This document shows, piece after piece, positions 48,266-59,317 of a stretch of DNA of 64,000 nt. Each line of letters opens with the position of its first letter. Within the stretch, counting starts at the first letter, position 1. The position numbers and the translations under genes were made by a program. Below the pieces are notes generated by a model. The model worked only from the letters and a program-made list of their open reading frames with translations, did no database searches and was not told the origin of the DNA. This stretch comes from a virus (lineage: Duplodnaviria; Caudoviricetes): the IMG/VR virus record IMGVR_UViG_3300017814_000114, positions 28,052 through 92,051 of that record. One strand, 5' to 3'.

Positions 48266-51200
48266 ATGGGCAAAAGACTTTCTGAAGATGAAATAAAGTG
48301 GATTCTTTCTCTCGATGCTTCCGGAGCAGAGAAAGAAATGAATAAGCTCAAACAAAGTTCTTACGAGCTTACGGATCGAAACAAGCAGCTGAAGACTATA
48401 CTTACACAACTAGAAGCTGCAGGCAAAAAAGACTCAGACCAATATCATCAGCTAAGCGCTGAGATGAAAAGAAATAGTGATGCCATCTCGAAAAATAGAT
48501 CTGAGATGGCGCAACTCACAAAGCAAATGGGACTGGAGAACCTCTCTATGTCTCAGCTGAAGTCTCATGCAAAGGACCTGCAAAGACAACTTGACTATAC
48601 CTCAAAAAGTCTGCATCCGGAAGAATGGGAAAAACTCAATGCAGACTTACAAAAGACGCGTTCTCAAATGGACAATCTTACATTGTCCGGGAGAAAAGTG
48701 TCATCAATGCTATCCGATTCGTACAAAAAGTTCAACGTCTTCAACGTGATCGGGAATGTAGCAGGAAATCAGGCAGCACTACTGTTCGACAGATACATCA
48801 CAAAAATGAAATCGTTCGCAAACGAAGCCGTCGGCGTTTCGGCAAAAGCGGATGGTATAAAAAAAGCTTTCGCAAGGCTTAACGAACCGGGACTCCTCGA
48901 CAATCTGCGCAAAACGGTTCATGGAACGATGACCGATGTCGAGCTTATGCAAAAGGCCAACCTGGCTCACACCTTCAGTATACCGTTGCAAAATCTTTCA
49001 AAATATCTGGAGTTCGCTCATCTACGTGCCAATCAGACGGGACGCGACTTTAACGAACTGGCCGATGCTATCATTACAGGCATCGGAAAACAGTCGACTA
49101 AAAAACTTGCCGCTCTAGGACTTAACGTCACGGAACTGAAGAATAACATAAAAACAAACGGCAACTATATTCTCGGGCTCAACGAAACAATAGATGAGCA
49201 AATACAAAAAGCCGGGGGTGATTACGTGTCTGCCGCCGATGCCGCTAAGAAACGAACGGCAGAGCTTGCCAACGAACAAGTAAAACTAGGAGATCAACTA
49301 CGTCCTATCAAAGCCCAATATGTAGCCTTGACACAACAAATCCTTGTCTGGTCTGCCAAAGAGTTGGTATGGGCCAGCGAACATAGAAAAGGTTTACTAA
49401 TAGTAGCCGGAGCCCTCGGGGTCGTAACTGTTGCATACGGTTTATACAATGCCGCTATGAAGATACATAACATGTATATGGGATATCACAACATGCTCGT
49501 TTCGGCCGGCAATAGAGTACTTGTTATTCGGACAATATACACCAATGCCTTATCCGCAGCAACTAAACTGGTAGCATTACGGACTACTGAAGCAAGCATA
49601 GCGCAAAGAACCTTTGCAACAACAGAAGCAGCATCTTCGGTAGTAAGTAGGGCCCTTACGTCTGCCATGTTGCTTCTTAGAGCTGCGATGATGTTATTGA
49701 GCGGTGATATTCAGAAAGCCAAAGAAGCGTGGATCGCTTTTACGGCCATTTCCAAAACCGATCCATGGATACTACTCGCGACAGCCATAATAGCAGCAGG
49801 GGCGGCACTCATATATTTTTCAATTAAGAATAAAGAACTCACTCAGGCGCAAAAAGATGCAATGCGTGTGAGTGGAGAAATCAATAAAAAGTATGCTGAA
49901 GAAAAAGCGACTGTCGAACAATTGTCAAAGACCGTGCACGATTCCAAATTATCATATCAGGAACGTTATAATGCTTTGGCGGAGCTAAAGAAGATAGCTC
50001 CGGGCTATCATGCTACCCTTACCAAAGAAGGGAAATTGATTAATGATAATACAAGTGCATTAAAAAGCTATTTGCGACAGCTCCGTGCAAAGTTAATACT
50101 AGAAGCATCAGGAGATCAACTTAAAAAGCTGTATACTGATCAGGAGATACAACAGGAAACACTCAATCGCTACAAAACGATGCACAAAATACGCCGAGGC
50201 ATTGAGGATAAAACCCCTGCCCAAAATGCAGTAGTAATGAACAGTTCTGCCGGTGCTGTCGTCGTTGGTGGGGGTAAAGACTATAGTCAATCTGATGCCT
50301 ACCAAAGAACCATTGACGATACTCAGAAAAAATTGAATCAAACGGAAGGCAGTATTAAAGTCTTCGAAAGGTGGCAAGAGAATGCAAGGAAAAAACTTGA
50401 TCAGATGGCTGGAGCAGCAAATGAAGCAGTACCTACTGCTCCTAAAGACGACTTATCGCTATTCGACACGACACCTACTAAAGATAAAAAAATAAAGAAA
50501 AACACAGTAGATCCAAATCAGATCAAGCTCGAAAACATGCAATCGGCCCACGAAAAAGAGCTAAACGCTATTAAGAAATATGGGCAAGACCGAGAACTGA
50601 TGGAAGAGCAAATAAATATTTCGACCTCTCAAAGCGATGTTGAATATTACAAAAATCGAATAGCTCATCTGCAATCTTATCTCACATCGACGAAAGATAT
50701 TAAAAAACGTGCGGCCTATAACAAAGAATTGGTGGAAGCCGAAACAAAACAAGCTCAAGCTGAAACGGATATTGATAAAAACAAAATAGCTCTTTTACAA
50801 AAATATAGAGAAGAGGATCTGAAAAATGTAGAAGAAGAAGTCGCTAGTCAAAAAGCGATAAACGATAATAAACTCGCTAATGGACTGATCACTCAGGAAA
50901 ACCACGACAACCAACTTCTAGCCATCGAATCTGGAGCAGCTGAATGTCGGCTACAAGTTCAAAAGAATTTTTTCGAATTGGTGAACGCGGAAGAGCTGAA
51001 AAATGGGAAGTTGAAAAAAGACACCGTTGCTGCAGCCAATCAAGAAATAATCAAAGCAGACACCGATGCAGCCAACGCTCGAATGGAAATAGTCAAGAAG
51101 TTCACATCCGGTTACAAAGAGTCACTCGATAAGCTTAATGATATGGGTGGTGGTAACTCGATAGAGGCAGATCACTACTTACAAAAGGCCGCTTTAGAAG

Positions 51201-52372
51201 CGACGTATAATGCTGGGAAAGCTTATATCAAGTCGAATAACGATAATGCCGCAAAAACGGGTGCTCCTTTGATGAGCCAAACATCTCTGGATGCTGCCTA
51301 TAACAATGCAAAAGAGAAACTCGAGCAGGATCATCAACAAAAGATTCTTGAGATTCGACAAAAATATGGTATTCAAGAATACCATAAAATACTTGAAAAT
51401 CAAATTGCTGAAATAAATAAGCATGAGAAAGAAGGTGTACTGACTCACCAAGAAGCCGAGCGATTGAAGTTGCAAAAAACGGCTGAGACATATATGCAGA
51501 TGGCTCAATATTACGTAAATCTTTTTTCCAATGTCATACAGGAGATGCAACAAGCCGAAATGGACCAAGTTGATGCTAAGTATGATGCCGAAATATCAGC
51601 AGCTGAAGGAAATTCGGAGCAACAGGAAAAACTCGAAAAAGAAAAGGAAGCAAAGAAACTCGACATTCAGAAAAAATATGCAGATATTGATTTTATAGTT
51701 AAAATTAATCAGATAGGTGCTTCAACCGCTTTAGCAGTTATGCAAGCTTTTGCTCAGCTAGGACCAATCGCAGGAGCAATAGCTGCGACAATGGTATCTG
51801 CCGTAGGGACTATGCAGCTAGTGCAAGCGGTAGCTGCAAGGAATCGTGTAAAAAGACTTACGGCAGAAGGAACGACTTCGGGGTCCTCGGTGTCACGTGT
51901 AGCTACCGGTCGTGAAAGTGGCGGTAGCATTTTAGTCGAGCGCGAACAGGATGGCAAAATCTTCAATGCAAAATATGATCCGGATAAAAGAGGGTTTGTT
52001 GATAAGCCTACAGTTATTGTTGGCGAAGGTGAAGAGTCGAAAGAATGGATAGCCAGCAATGCAGCTGTTACTAACCCCACGATAGCTCCGTTCCTTTCCG
52101 TTCTTGACCAGGCACAACAAGCAGGACGCATCAAAACGCTTGATTTCAATAAAGTAATACAAAGCAAAGTGTCCGGCCGTTCCAGCGGGGGAAGCATAAG
52201 TGACAATCATAGCATACCAACTCTGGTACCAGGTGACACGTCCGGGTTAGAGAAAGCGGCGAAACAACTCAGTGACACACTTAGTGCCGGTATACATGCT
52301 ACGGTAGTCCTTACCGAACTTGAGGAACAACAAAACTTAAGAAATAAATCAAGAAATATAGGTAGCAAATGA
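48266..52372 (+). CDS. Tail tape measure protein, prophage B
   Basis: 1368 aa helical, DPW TM motif, C-terminal organisation like tape measure A. Confidence 0.88.
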   Translation: MGKRLSEDEIKWILSLDASGAEKEMNKLKQSSYELTDRNKQLKTILTQLEAAGKKDSDQYHQLSAEMKRNSDAISKNRSEMAQLTKQMGLENLSMSQLKSHAKDLQRQLDYTSKSLHPEEWEKLNADLQKTRSQMDNLTLSGRKVSSMLSDSYKKFNVFNVIGNVAGNQAALLFDRYITKMKSFANEAVGVSAKADGIKKAFARLNEPGLLDNLRKTVHGTMTDVELMQKANLAHTFSIPLQNLSKYLEFAHLRANQTGRDFNELADAIITGIGKQSTKKLAALGLNVTELKNNIKTNGNYILGLNETIDEQIQKAGGDYVSAADAAKKRTAELANEQVKLGDQLRPIKAQYVALTQQILVWSAKELVWASEHRKGLLIVAGALGVVTVAYGLYNAAMKIHNMYMGYHNMLVSAGNRVLVIRTIYTNALSAATKLVALRTTEASIAQRTFATTEAASSVVSRALTSAMLLLRAAMMLLSGDIQKAKEAWIAFTAISKTDPWILLATAIIAAGAALIYFSIKNKELTQAQKDAMRVSGEINKKYAEEKATVEQLSKTVHDSKLSYQERYNALAELKKIAPGYHATLTKEGKLINDNTSALKSYLRQLRAKLILEASGDQLKKLYTDQEIQQETLNRYKTMHKIRRGIEDKTPAQNAVVMNSSAGAVVVGGGKDYSQSDAYQRTIDDTQKKLNQTEGSIKVFERWQENARKKLDQMAGAANEAVPTAPKDDLSLFDTTPTKDKKIKKNTVDPNQIKLENMQSAHEKELNAIKKYGQDRELMEEQINISTSQSDVEYYKNRIAHLQSYLTSTKDIKKRAAYNKELVEAETKQAQAETDIDKNKIALLQKYREEDLKNVEEEVASQKAINDNKLANGLITQENHDNQLLAIESGAAECRLQVQKNFFELVNAEELKNGKLKKDTVAAANQEIIKADTDAANARMEIVKKFTSGYKESLDKLNDMGGGNSIEADHYLQKAALEATYNAGKAYIKSNNDNAAKTGAPLMSQTSLDAAYNNAKEKLEQDHQQKILEIRQKYGIQEYHKILENQIAEINKHEKEGVLTHQEAERLKLQKTAETYMQMAQYYVNLFSNVIQEMQQAEMDQVDAKYDAEISAAEGNSEQQEKLEKEKEAKKLDIQKKYADIDFIVKINQIGASTALAVMQAFAQLGPIAGAIAATMVSAVGTMQLVQAVAARNRVKRLTAEGTTSGSSVSRVATGRESGGSILVEREQDGKIFNAKYDPDKRGFVDKPTVIVGEGEESKEWIASNAAVTNPTIAPFLSVLDQAQQAGRIKTLDFNKVIQSKVSGRSSGGSISDNHSIPTLVPGDTSGLEKAAKQLSDTLSAGIHATVVLTELEEQQNLRNKSRNIGSK

Positions 52373-54405
52373 AAATAATACATATAGCATCTGGCAAACC
52401 ATACCAACTGACTCCAGACACAGCGATCGAAATAGAAAGACCGAATCCTTTTTTTAACACGTATGGAGAACAGTCCTTGCCACTCAATATACCGGCAAGC
52501 GAATATAACCGGGCACTCCTCTCCTATCAAGAAGATCTAGCAGCGACAATCAAACAACAGGCCAATATCGATGCGGCGATCATCGATAAAGATTTTTATA
52601 TGGTCTGCAGACAAGCCATACTATCGTCGAAAAAAAAGGAGAATATCTCGACTTCTTTTTATCTTAATGAAGGCTCCTTCTATACCAAGCTGTCCGACCT
52701 TAATCTGAAAGATGTCTTCGGCACCGAATCGATACATGGAGTAACTACCGTAGAAGAAGGCATCGCTTTCTGCCGAACACTTATAAGTGGAAATAATCCA
52801 AACTACGCTATCTTCCCGGTACTTATCGATTACAGCGAAGTGGACGGTACTAATTTTACTAGACGTATCAATTACTTTCAAAGCAAAGGATATAAGTTTC
52901 TCAACCGATGGGGTTACTTTAGTAATGATATCTTCGTTGATGCGCCCTCTGACAATTCTGATTTTTATAATGCAAAGAGTCGAACTGAAAAAGTTGGCGA
53001 TGACACTGTAGCACTTGGTCCTGGTTATTACATCACTCCCTTTATTCGGGCCAATTATCTATTGCAACGAATATTCACTTACTTGGGCTATACATTGAAA
53101 GATAACTTTTTCACAAAAACATTGCCATTTACAAACATGGTCTTTGTTAATAACACAATGGATTCCCTAGTCAATGGAGACATTCGAATTGCGGATCTCG
53201 TTCCTAACTGTAAGATATCCGTGATACTCGATTTATTCCGAAAAAAGTTCTGCTGTGAATTTATCCCGGATGAAGTATCAAAGACAATGGATATCGAACT
53301 ATTTAACGATATAATGGCTACGGACTCAGGAATAGATATCACCACATACGCTACATCGGAACCCGAAATTACTTTCCCGGAAAAATATATGGCCGTAAAA
53401 ATAAGTAGTGAAGATAAAGTGACAGATAGTTCCAGTGCATCGGACGTATCATCTCTTTCAGTACTTGAGTCAAAATATCCACACAGCGTCATCGATCCAA
53501 ACGACTCGAACTGGTATCGCTATGGGAAAGACGACTTGACTGGAGTGAGTGATAAGACAAAGACGATGGAATGCAATGAAGGATATTATCAGGATTCAAA
53601 CTTTAAAGAATATGAGATATCGGTCCCAGATAAATCACCAATCACAAAAGCGTCACCAAATGGGTATCCTATCTTTTCAGCCATATACATAGGGGAAAGC
53701 CAAGCACTTAATTCTGTGTTATCAAATACGGATTCTTCATCGTCCGAATCATCTTCTTCATCATCCGATCAAAAGCCAATGTTGGCATTCTATCACAATA
53801 GAGATAATTACCCTCTTGGTTTATGCGCGAATTATTATAATGGAACAAAATTGTTCGACTATACATTATATTATAATGGGCCGGATGGTATATTTGAAAA
53901 GTTCTATCGTGTATTTGATAATTTTATTCGCAACTCCAAACATTCCGTCAAAGTCAGCCTGCTACTACCAGCAGAATTGAAGATGAATATTAAAGCCCAG
54001 AAGTTACTTCTTTACCATGGACAAAAATTATTTATTGATACACTAAAATTTAATATTGGAGGCAAAGAATCTCCTGTAGAAAGTCAATTCTATACCACCA
54101 AGAATCATACTCCAACAGTAATAGCTAAAACTTATAACGAAATTATAGCTGTCGATGAACCCGGATATTCATGGACAACAAAAAATAGCGTTACGGAAGC
54201 GACACAAAGTGACTATATGGATAATAGAACCACAAAAATGAAAACGATATATCCCCCAGCTGCCACTTCGAAATATATACCGGGGGTGCATTATTTTGAA
54301 CAGTTCTACGTCACCGAAACGCTAACATCAGATCCGAACGATCGAGAGAATAGAGAATATAGTTATGAAAAACACAACTTCTGGTGGGAAGTCATAAAGG
54401 GGTGA
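52369..54405 (+). CDS. Tail/baseplate protein
   Basis: NPFF...GEQSLP..IP N-terminus; homologous to 13514..15334. Confidence 0.75.
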   Translation: MKIIHIASGKPYQLTPDTAIEIERPNPFFNTYGEQSLPLNIPASEYNRALLSYQEDLAATIKQQANIDAAIIDKDFYMVCRQAILSSKKKENISTSFYLNEGSFYTKLSDLNLKDVFGTESIHGVTTVEEGIAFCRTLISGNNPNYAIFPVLIDYSEVDGTNFTRRINYFQSKGYKFLNRWGYFSNDIFVDAPSDNSDFYNAKSRTEKVGDDTVALGPGYYITPFIRANYLLQRIFTYLGYTLKDNFFTKTLPFTNMVFVNNTMDSLVNGDIRIADLVPNCKISVILDLFRKKFCCEFIPDEVSKTMDIELFNDIMATDSGIDITTYATSEPEITFPEKYMAVKISSEDKVTDSSSASDVSSLSVLESKYPHSVIDPNDSNWYRYGKDDLTGVSDKTKTMECNEGYYQDSNFKEYEISVPDKSPITKASPNGYPIFSAIYIGESQALNSVLSNTDSSSSESSSSSSDQKPMLAFYHNRDNYPLGLCANYYNGTKLFDYTLYYNGPDGIFEKFYRVFDNFIRNSKHSVKVSLLLPAELKMNIKAQKLLLYHGQKLFIDTLKFNIGGKESPVESQFYTTKNHTPTVIAKTYNEIIAVDEPGYSWTTKNSVTEATQSDYMDNRTTKMKTIYPPAATSKYIPGVHYFEQFYVTETLTSDPNDRENREYSYEKHNFWWEVIKG

Positions 54406-54408
54406 TTT

Positions 54409-54443
54409 GTCCTTTGTGAGGGGCATTGGCTATTTTATTTTTG
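54409..54443 (+). promoter_or_regulatory. Putative late promoter
   Basis: GTCCTTT-N20-TATTTTTG. Confidence 0.65.
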
Positions 54444-54459
54444 TATAAAAAACAAAGAT

Positions 54460-57400
54460 ATGAATGTCGTTAACAAACCGGATATCTTGTCACTCACTGG
54501 GAATATCAATCCCTTTGTCGTCGCGACAACAAAGGAGTTAACCTTTGTGTTGAAAAAAGGTGATGAGCAGATATTATCCCAAAGTTTCAATCCGGGAACG
54601 TCCGGATCCGTGACGATAAAAATAGGCGATATCCTCAATAATCAACTTAGTTTCACACTAAAGGAAGCGACCTCGTACTATCTCCAGAATAGTATTTTTG
54701 CAACTTTTACCGCAACATTAACTGATTCTGATGGCTCTACAGATATTACTTTTGTGGCGATCCGATCTGGTGTCAGTCAATTAAGCGACACGCCTTCCGA
54801 ATTTTTAAAATGCAATTTTCTCACTTGGCAACCTACGGTGAAGAAAGTCACGTATTATACTCCTGAGTATCTTACTTATTATGCGGTAGTCCCTGGAAAG
54901 ATGCAAATTAAAGCAACCTACCAGGATGCTACTTCAGAGACAAAAACGATCGTATCGATGGATGCAGGAACCGCAGTAACGGTACCACTTCAATACGGAA
55001 TAGTATATGGAATGTTTGGGAAATTGCCCGCATTTTATGATGTATGGTATGAGGATGCATCAGGGAATGTACTTTCTTATATACAGCGATATGTAGCGGA
55101 TAATGCGAAATCGGAAAATGAGCAATGGGTTCTTTTCACGAACTCTCTTGGTGGCGTCGACACGTTCCGGGCTTATGGTGAAGAAGAATTCACCGGTGAG
55201 CATACACATAACCTCGTAGAAATCGACGATACAAATGAAGAATATCGGGTAGACACTGTTTCGAAGCACAAAAAGTACACCGGGCATTTAACAACGTATG
55301 AACGACAGTGGATGCAAGACTTTTTCCCTTCTTTGAATAAATTCATCTATTCAAATGGAGAAGCTAGAAAAATTGTTATCATAGAATCGGAAGATACATA
55401 TAACGATCTCGACCAGGTAGGCGGATTCAGTTTCACCTATAAATATACCGAGACAGATGCTTATCTTAACCTGCAACGTAATACTCAACTTCCTAAGGAT
55501 CTTAATATCGATGTGCCGGATTTGGCAAATTTTACTTTACCCCCTCGACTCCTTGAATTCCCGACTCTGTCGGGGAGCGAGGGGGTTTTATTTCCCGCAC
55601 AAAAGACATTCGCTGATAAATGGGGAAAAATATCATTAGATGATATCGCCCAATTCACGATAGATTCATTATTAGCTAGTGATATTGCAAAAAAATGGAC
55701 CGCTACAAGTGGTAGCTCCCATAGCCATGACAATAAAAGTATACTTGATAGCATAACTGAAGACCTAATAAAGAAATGGAATTCGACTAATGGAAATAGC
55801 CATAGTCATGATAATAAATCATTCCTTGATCAGATTGATCAGAACCTTTCGACAAAAGATTCTCCCACATTTGAAAGCCTCAAAATCGGATCTGGCGTAC
55901 TAAAATGGGACAACACTCATAAATCTTTTTATATAGAACAGGCCGACGGAACTCCAGCAAACTTTTATGCAACCGGTGGTGTGTCATCTTACGGCGCTGC
56001 TTCGGAATCAAGTCCCGGATCAGGAATAGACGAGACGACTTTATGGTCTATCATGAGCAACACCGGCACTCAACAGATAGCAGCTAATCACCTGGCAACA
56101 GCTCTATCTGCGTATGTGACGCAATCGTCTATGTCGGCACTGCTTGCAAACTATGCACCGGTAAATCATGGGCACGTTTGGGGAGATATCACCGATAGAC
56201 CTGCCTCATTACCTGCCTCGGATGTGTACACCTGGGCGAAGGCAGCAACAAAGCCTAGTTACGCCTATTCGGAGATAACAGATAAACCCGTTTCGTTACC
56301 TGCATCGGACGTGTACGCTTGGGCAAAGGCAGCGACAAAGCCTAGCTACGCTTATTCGGAGATAACAGATAAACCTAGTACTCTCAGCGGGTACGGTATA
56401 ACGGATGCTGCTGCTAAATCGCACTCTCATGCATGGGCAGACATCACCGACAGACCGACAAAGTTAAGCCAGTTTACGAATGATATGATAAGTACGTGGG
56501 CGCTCGCGGCAAGTAAGCCTAGCTATACTTACAGCGAAATTACTGGATGCCCTACCTCGCTACCTGCATCAGACGTTTACGCCTGGGCTAAAGCGGCAAG
56601 CAAGCCTAGTTATTCATATAGCGAGATCTCGGGTACTCCTGACCTGTCGAGCCTACATACGCACTCGAACAAAGAGCTATTGGACGCAATCAATCAAAAT
56701 TTATCCAGTACCGGTACGCCACTCTTTTCGAGGATAACAATCGGAGCTATAAGTCTATTATATGATAGCGTCAATAACTCCCTCTATGTGCAAAAGTCGG
56801 ACGGCAGCGCTGCAAACTTTTACGCTACAGGCGGCGTGTCGTCATACGGTGCCGGGGCAGTTTCGGGCGGAGGATCGGGCATTGACGAAACGACGCTATG
56901 GTCTATCATGGGTAATACCGGAACGCAACAGATAGCAGCTAATCATTTGGCAACAGCCTTGTCGCCTTACGTCACTCAGATATCCCTGTCTGCGATGCTA
57001 GCAAATTACGCTCCACTCGTTCATGGCCATGTATGGGGTGATATTACAGATAGACCTAGTTCATTGCCCGCTTCGGATGTGTATTCATGGGCGAAGGCAG
57101 CAACAAAGCCTAGTTACGCTTATAGTGAGATAACAGATAAACCCGCTTCACTGCCTGCCTCGGATGTGTACGCATGGGCAAAAGCAAGTAACAAACCTAG
57201 CTACGCCTATTCAGAGATAACGGATAAGCCTAGTACATTAGGGGGCTATGGTATAACGGACGCAGCCAGTGTAACTTCTTTAGCTAATTATAGGCCTGTT
57301 GGTGGAGTTTGGCCTGGTGCTAATGTTCCAGGGAATCGTGAATTTGGATTTATAACTAACGATGGAACTGGCGAGATTGCCTTCAAATCGTACAATGGTA

Positions 57401-59313
57401 CGATGAATATGATTATTGATGGCGACATTTACTGTCGTGATTCATCGTATATTGTATGGCATGCCGGAAATGATGGTTCGGGATCAGGATTAGATGCTGA
57501 CTTACTAGATGGAATAGATGGTGATGGATTTATGAAAAATCTAGGGTCTACTGGATCAGACTCTCTTAATTCTATATTAAGACCTGGAAATTATTATATA
57601 TCAGATCAATCAGGAGGTAGACCATGTACCTATGGCGCATTACTGACGGTAGGGCAATTTGATACAAGATCACAATTGGCTTTAGGCTATAAAAATGATC
57701 CTGGAATGTGGTATCGAGGATACTCGCCATCAGGCTCTAATTGGGATTATTGGCATCAGGTAGCTTTCACAGATTCAAATGTCGCATCCGCTACGAAGCT
57801 CAATACAGCCCGCTCAATAACGATAGGGAATACGGCAAAGTCTTTTGACGGTACTTATAATGTATCTTGGTCGCTGTCTGAAATTGGAGCTGCAGCTGCA
57901 ATTCATAGCCATACCATCAGTCAAATAAGCGATATCGGAAACGCATCTGTTAATTATGCAGCAAGTGCAGGTAATGCAAATAATGCCTTTTATTTGTTTT
58001 CTAATAATGACTTGAATCATACAGGGGTAACAGTAAAATCAATAAAGGATTTACTAGCTAGTAAAATATCTTCACAAGATATTGGTATAGGATTTAGTTA
58101 TATTTTAGGAGGAGAATGTATTAGAAATTGGAGTAATGAGTCTTATACTGTTACCGATTCTAATGTTTATGCTTTTGTAAAAATAGGTGGCGGATACAGT
58201 GGTAGTACATATGGTCAGTGGCTACTAAGTTCTTACGATCTACTTAATATAGGAGTGGTTGGAAGAGATGGTAATATATGGTCAGATATAAAGTGGCTTG
58301 CATATACTACAGACAATGTAGCTTCAGCAACAAAATTGCAGACAGCTCGCTCGTTTACGATCGGAAATACAGGCAAAAGTTTTGACGGTACTTATAATAT
58401 ATTTTGGTCGCTGTCTGAAATTGGAGCAGCTGCTGCAATTCATAGCCATACCATTAGTCAATTAACCGATATCGGCAACGCATCTGTTAATTATGCTGCT
58501 AGCGCAGGTAATACAGATACGGTAGATAGCGTACATGCTTCACAATTTCTTAGATGTGATTCTGCATCTTCAAATAACCCAATAAATGGAAACTTTGCCA
58601 TAGGAAATGCTTCAGGTCGAAATTTTATACAGTCTCATAGTGGGCAGCCTTTAGATATAAACCCATTAGGAAACGCCGTTACAATAAATGGTACACAAGC
58701 AGTTACTAATACTGGGACTTGGGGAATAAGCATTACTGGAAATGCGTATTCATCCACAAAATTGCAGATGGCAAGAAAGATATATGGGCAGACATTCGAT
58801 GCGACTAGTGATGTTGATGGGACATTATCGGTAAAAGGTCCTGTTAATGGTAACTGGTCAGAGGGCATAAGGATACATGAAGCAGAAAATGGATGGAATA
58901 CGCTTATATTTTGTGGCTCTGATAATACAGGGGATAGTGGGACATCTACTAATTCTTGGAGTTTTCATACTAACAGTGGAAACTTTATGCTAGGACACAA
59001 TGGTACTAATAATGTATTTTCAATAGACCATAATAATAATATGGGTATAGGCACCGCAACTCCTGCATATAAGTTACATGTCTCCGGTAATGGGTATTTT
59101 TCGGATGCACTCAACCTCGCAGCGACTCTGTCAGCCGCCGGCTTAATCACCGCAAATGGAAACATTAAGTCGGCTAATTACATTGAAATCGGTTCGACAG
59201 GTATAAGACTTATGTACGATTCGACGAATGACTGTCTGAAACTTATCAAGTCAGACGGAAGTGCAGTTAATTTATTGGTAACAGGGGGCGTCACAGCCTT
59301 CGCAACAGCATAA
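54460..59313 (+). CDS. Tail fibre / receptor-binding protein with internal repeats
   Basis: HxH motifs, SLPASDVY.WAKA..KPSY repeats, GYGITDA, DADLLDG, GIGT..P.YKLHV.G. Confidence 0.88.
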   Translation: MNVVNKPDILSLTGNINPFVVATTKELTFVLKKGDEQILSQSFNPGTSGSVTIKIGDILNNQLSFTLKEATSYYLQNSIFATFTATLTDSDGSTDITFVAIRSGVSQLSDTPSEFLKCNFLTWQPTVKKVTYYTPEYLTYYAVVPGKMQIKATYQDATSETKTIVSMDAGTAVTVPLQYGIVYGMFGKLPAFYDVWYEDASGNVLSYIQRYVADNAKSENEQWVLFTNSLGGVDTFRAYGEEEFTGEHTHNLVEIDDTNEEYRVDTVSKHKKYTGHLTTYERQWMQDFFPSLNKFIYSNGEARKIVIIESEDTYNDLDQVGGFSFTYKYTETDAYLNLQRNTQLPKDLNIDVPDLANFTLPPRLLEFPTLSGSEGVLFPAQKTFADKWGKISLDDIAQFTIDSLLASDIAKKWTATSGSSHSHDNKSILDSITEDLIKKWNSTNGNSHSHDNKSFLDQIDQNLSTKDSPTFESLKIGSGVLKWDNTHKSFYIEQADGTPANFYATGGVSSYGAASESSPGSGIDETTLWSIMSNTGTQQIAANHLATALSAYVTQSSMSALLANYAPVNHGHVWGDITDRPASLPASDVYTWAKAATKPSYAYSEITDKPVSLPASDVYAWAKAATKPSYAYSEITDKPSTLSGYGITDAAAKSHSHAWADITDRPTKLSQFTNDMISTWALAASKPSYTYSEITGCPTSLPASDVYAWAKAASKPSYSYSEISGTPDLSSLHTHSNKELLDAINQNLSSTGTPLFSRITIGAISLLYDSVNNSLYVQKSDGSAANFYATGGVSSYGAGAVSGGGSGIDETTLWSIMGNTGTQQIAANHLATALSPYVTQISLSAMLANYAPLVHGHVWGDITDRPSSLPASDVYSWAKAATKPSYAYSEITDKPASLPASDVYAWAKASNKPSYAYSEITDKPSTLGGYGITDAASVTSLANYRPVGGVWPGANVPGNREFGFITNDGTGEIAFKSYNGTMNMIIDGDIYCRDSSYIVWHAGNDGSGSGLDADLLDGIDGDGFMKNLGSTGSDSLNSILRPGNYYISDQSGGRPCTYGALLTVGQFDTRSQLALGYKNDPGMWYRGYSPSGSNWDYWHQVAFTDSNVASATKLNTARSITIGNTAKSFDGTYNVSWSLSEIGAAAAIHSHTISQISDIGNASVNYAASAGNANNAFYLFSNNDLNHTGVTVKSIKDLLASKISSQDIGIGFSYILGGECIRNWSNESYTVTDSNVYAFVKIGGGYSGSTYGQWLLSSYDLLNIGVVGRDGNIWSDIKWLAYTTDNVASATKLQTARSFTIGNTGKSFDGTYNIFWSLSEIGAAAAIHSHTISQLTDIGNASVNYAASAGNTDTVDSVHASQFLRCDSASSNNPINGNFAIGNASGRNFIQSHSGQPLDINPLGNAVTINGTQAVTNTGTWGISITGNAYSSTKLQMARKIYGQTFDATSDVDGTLSVKGPVNGNWSEGIRIHEAENGWNTLIFCGSDNTGDSGTSTNSWSFHTNSGNFMLGHNGTNNVFSIDHNNNMGIGTATPAYKLHVSGNGYFSDALNLAATLSAAGLITANGNIKSANYIEIGSTGIRLMYDSTNDCLKLIKSDGSAVNLLVTGGVTAFATA
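55957..57267 (+). repeat. Intragenic duplication (55957..56412 / 56812..57267)
   Basis: About 152 codons repeated at offset 855 nt. Confidence 0.88.
57778..58512 (+). repeat. Intragenic duplication (57778..57975 / 58315..58512)
   Basis: 66 codons repeated at offset 537 nt. Confidence 0.88.
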
Positions 59314-59317
59314 TATT

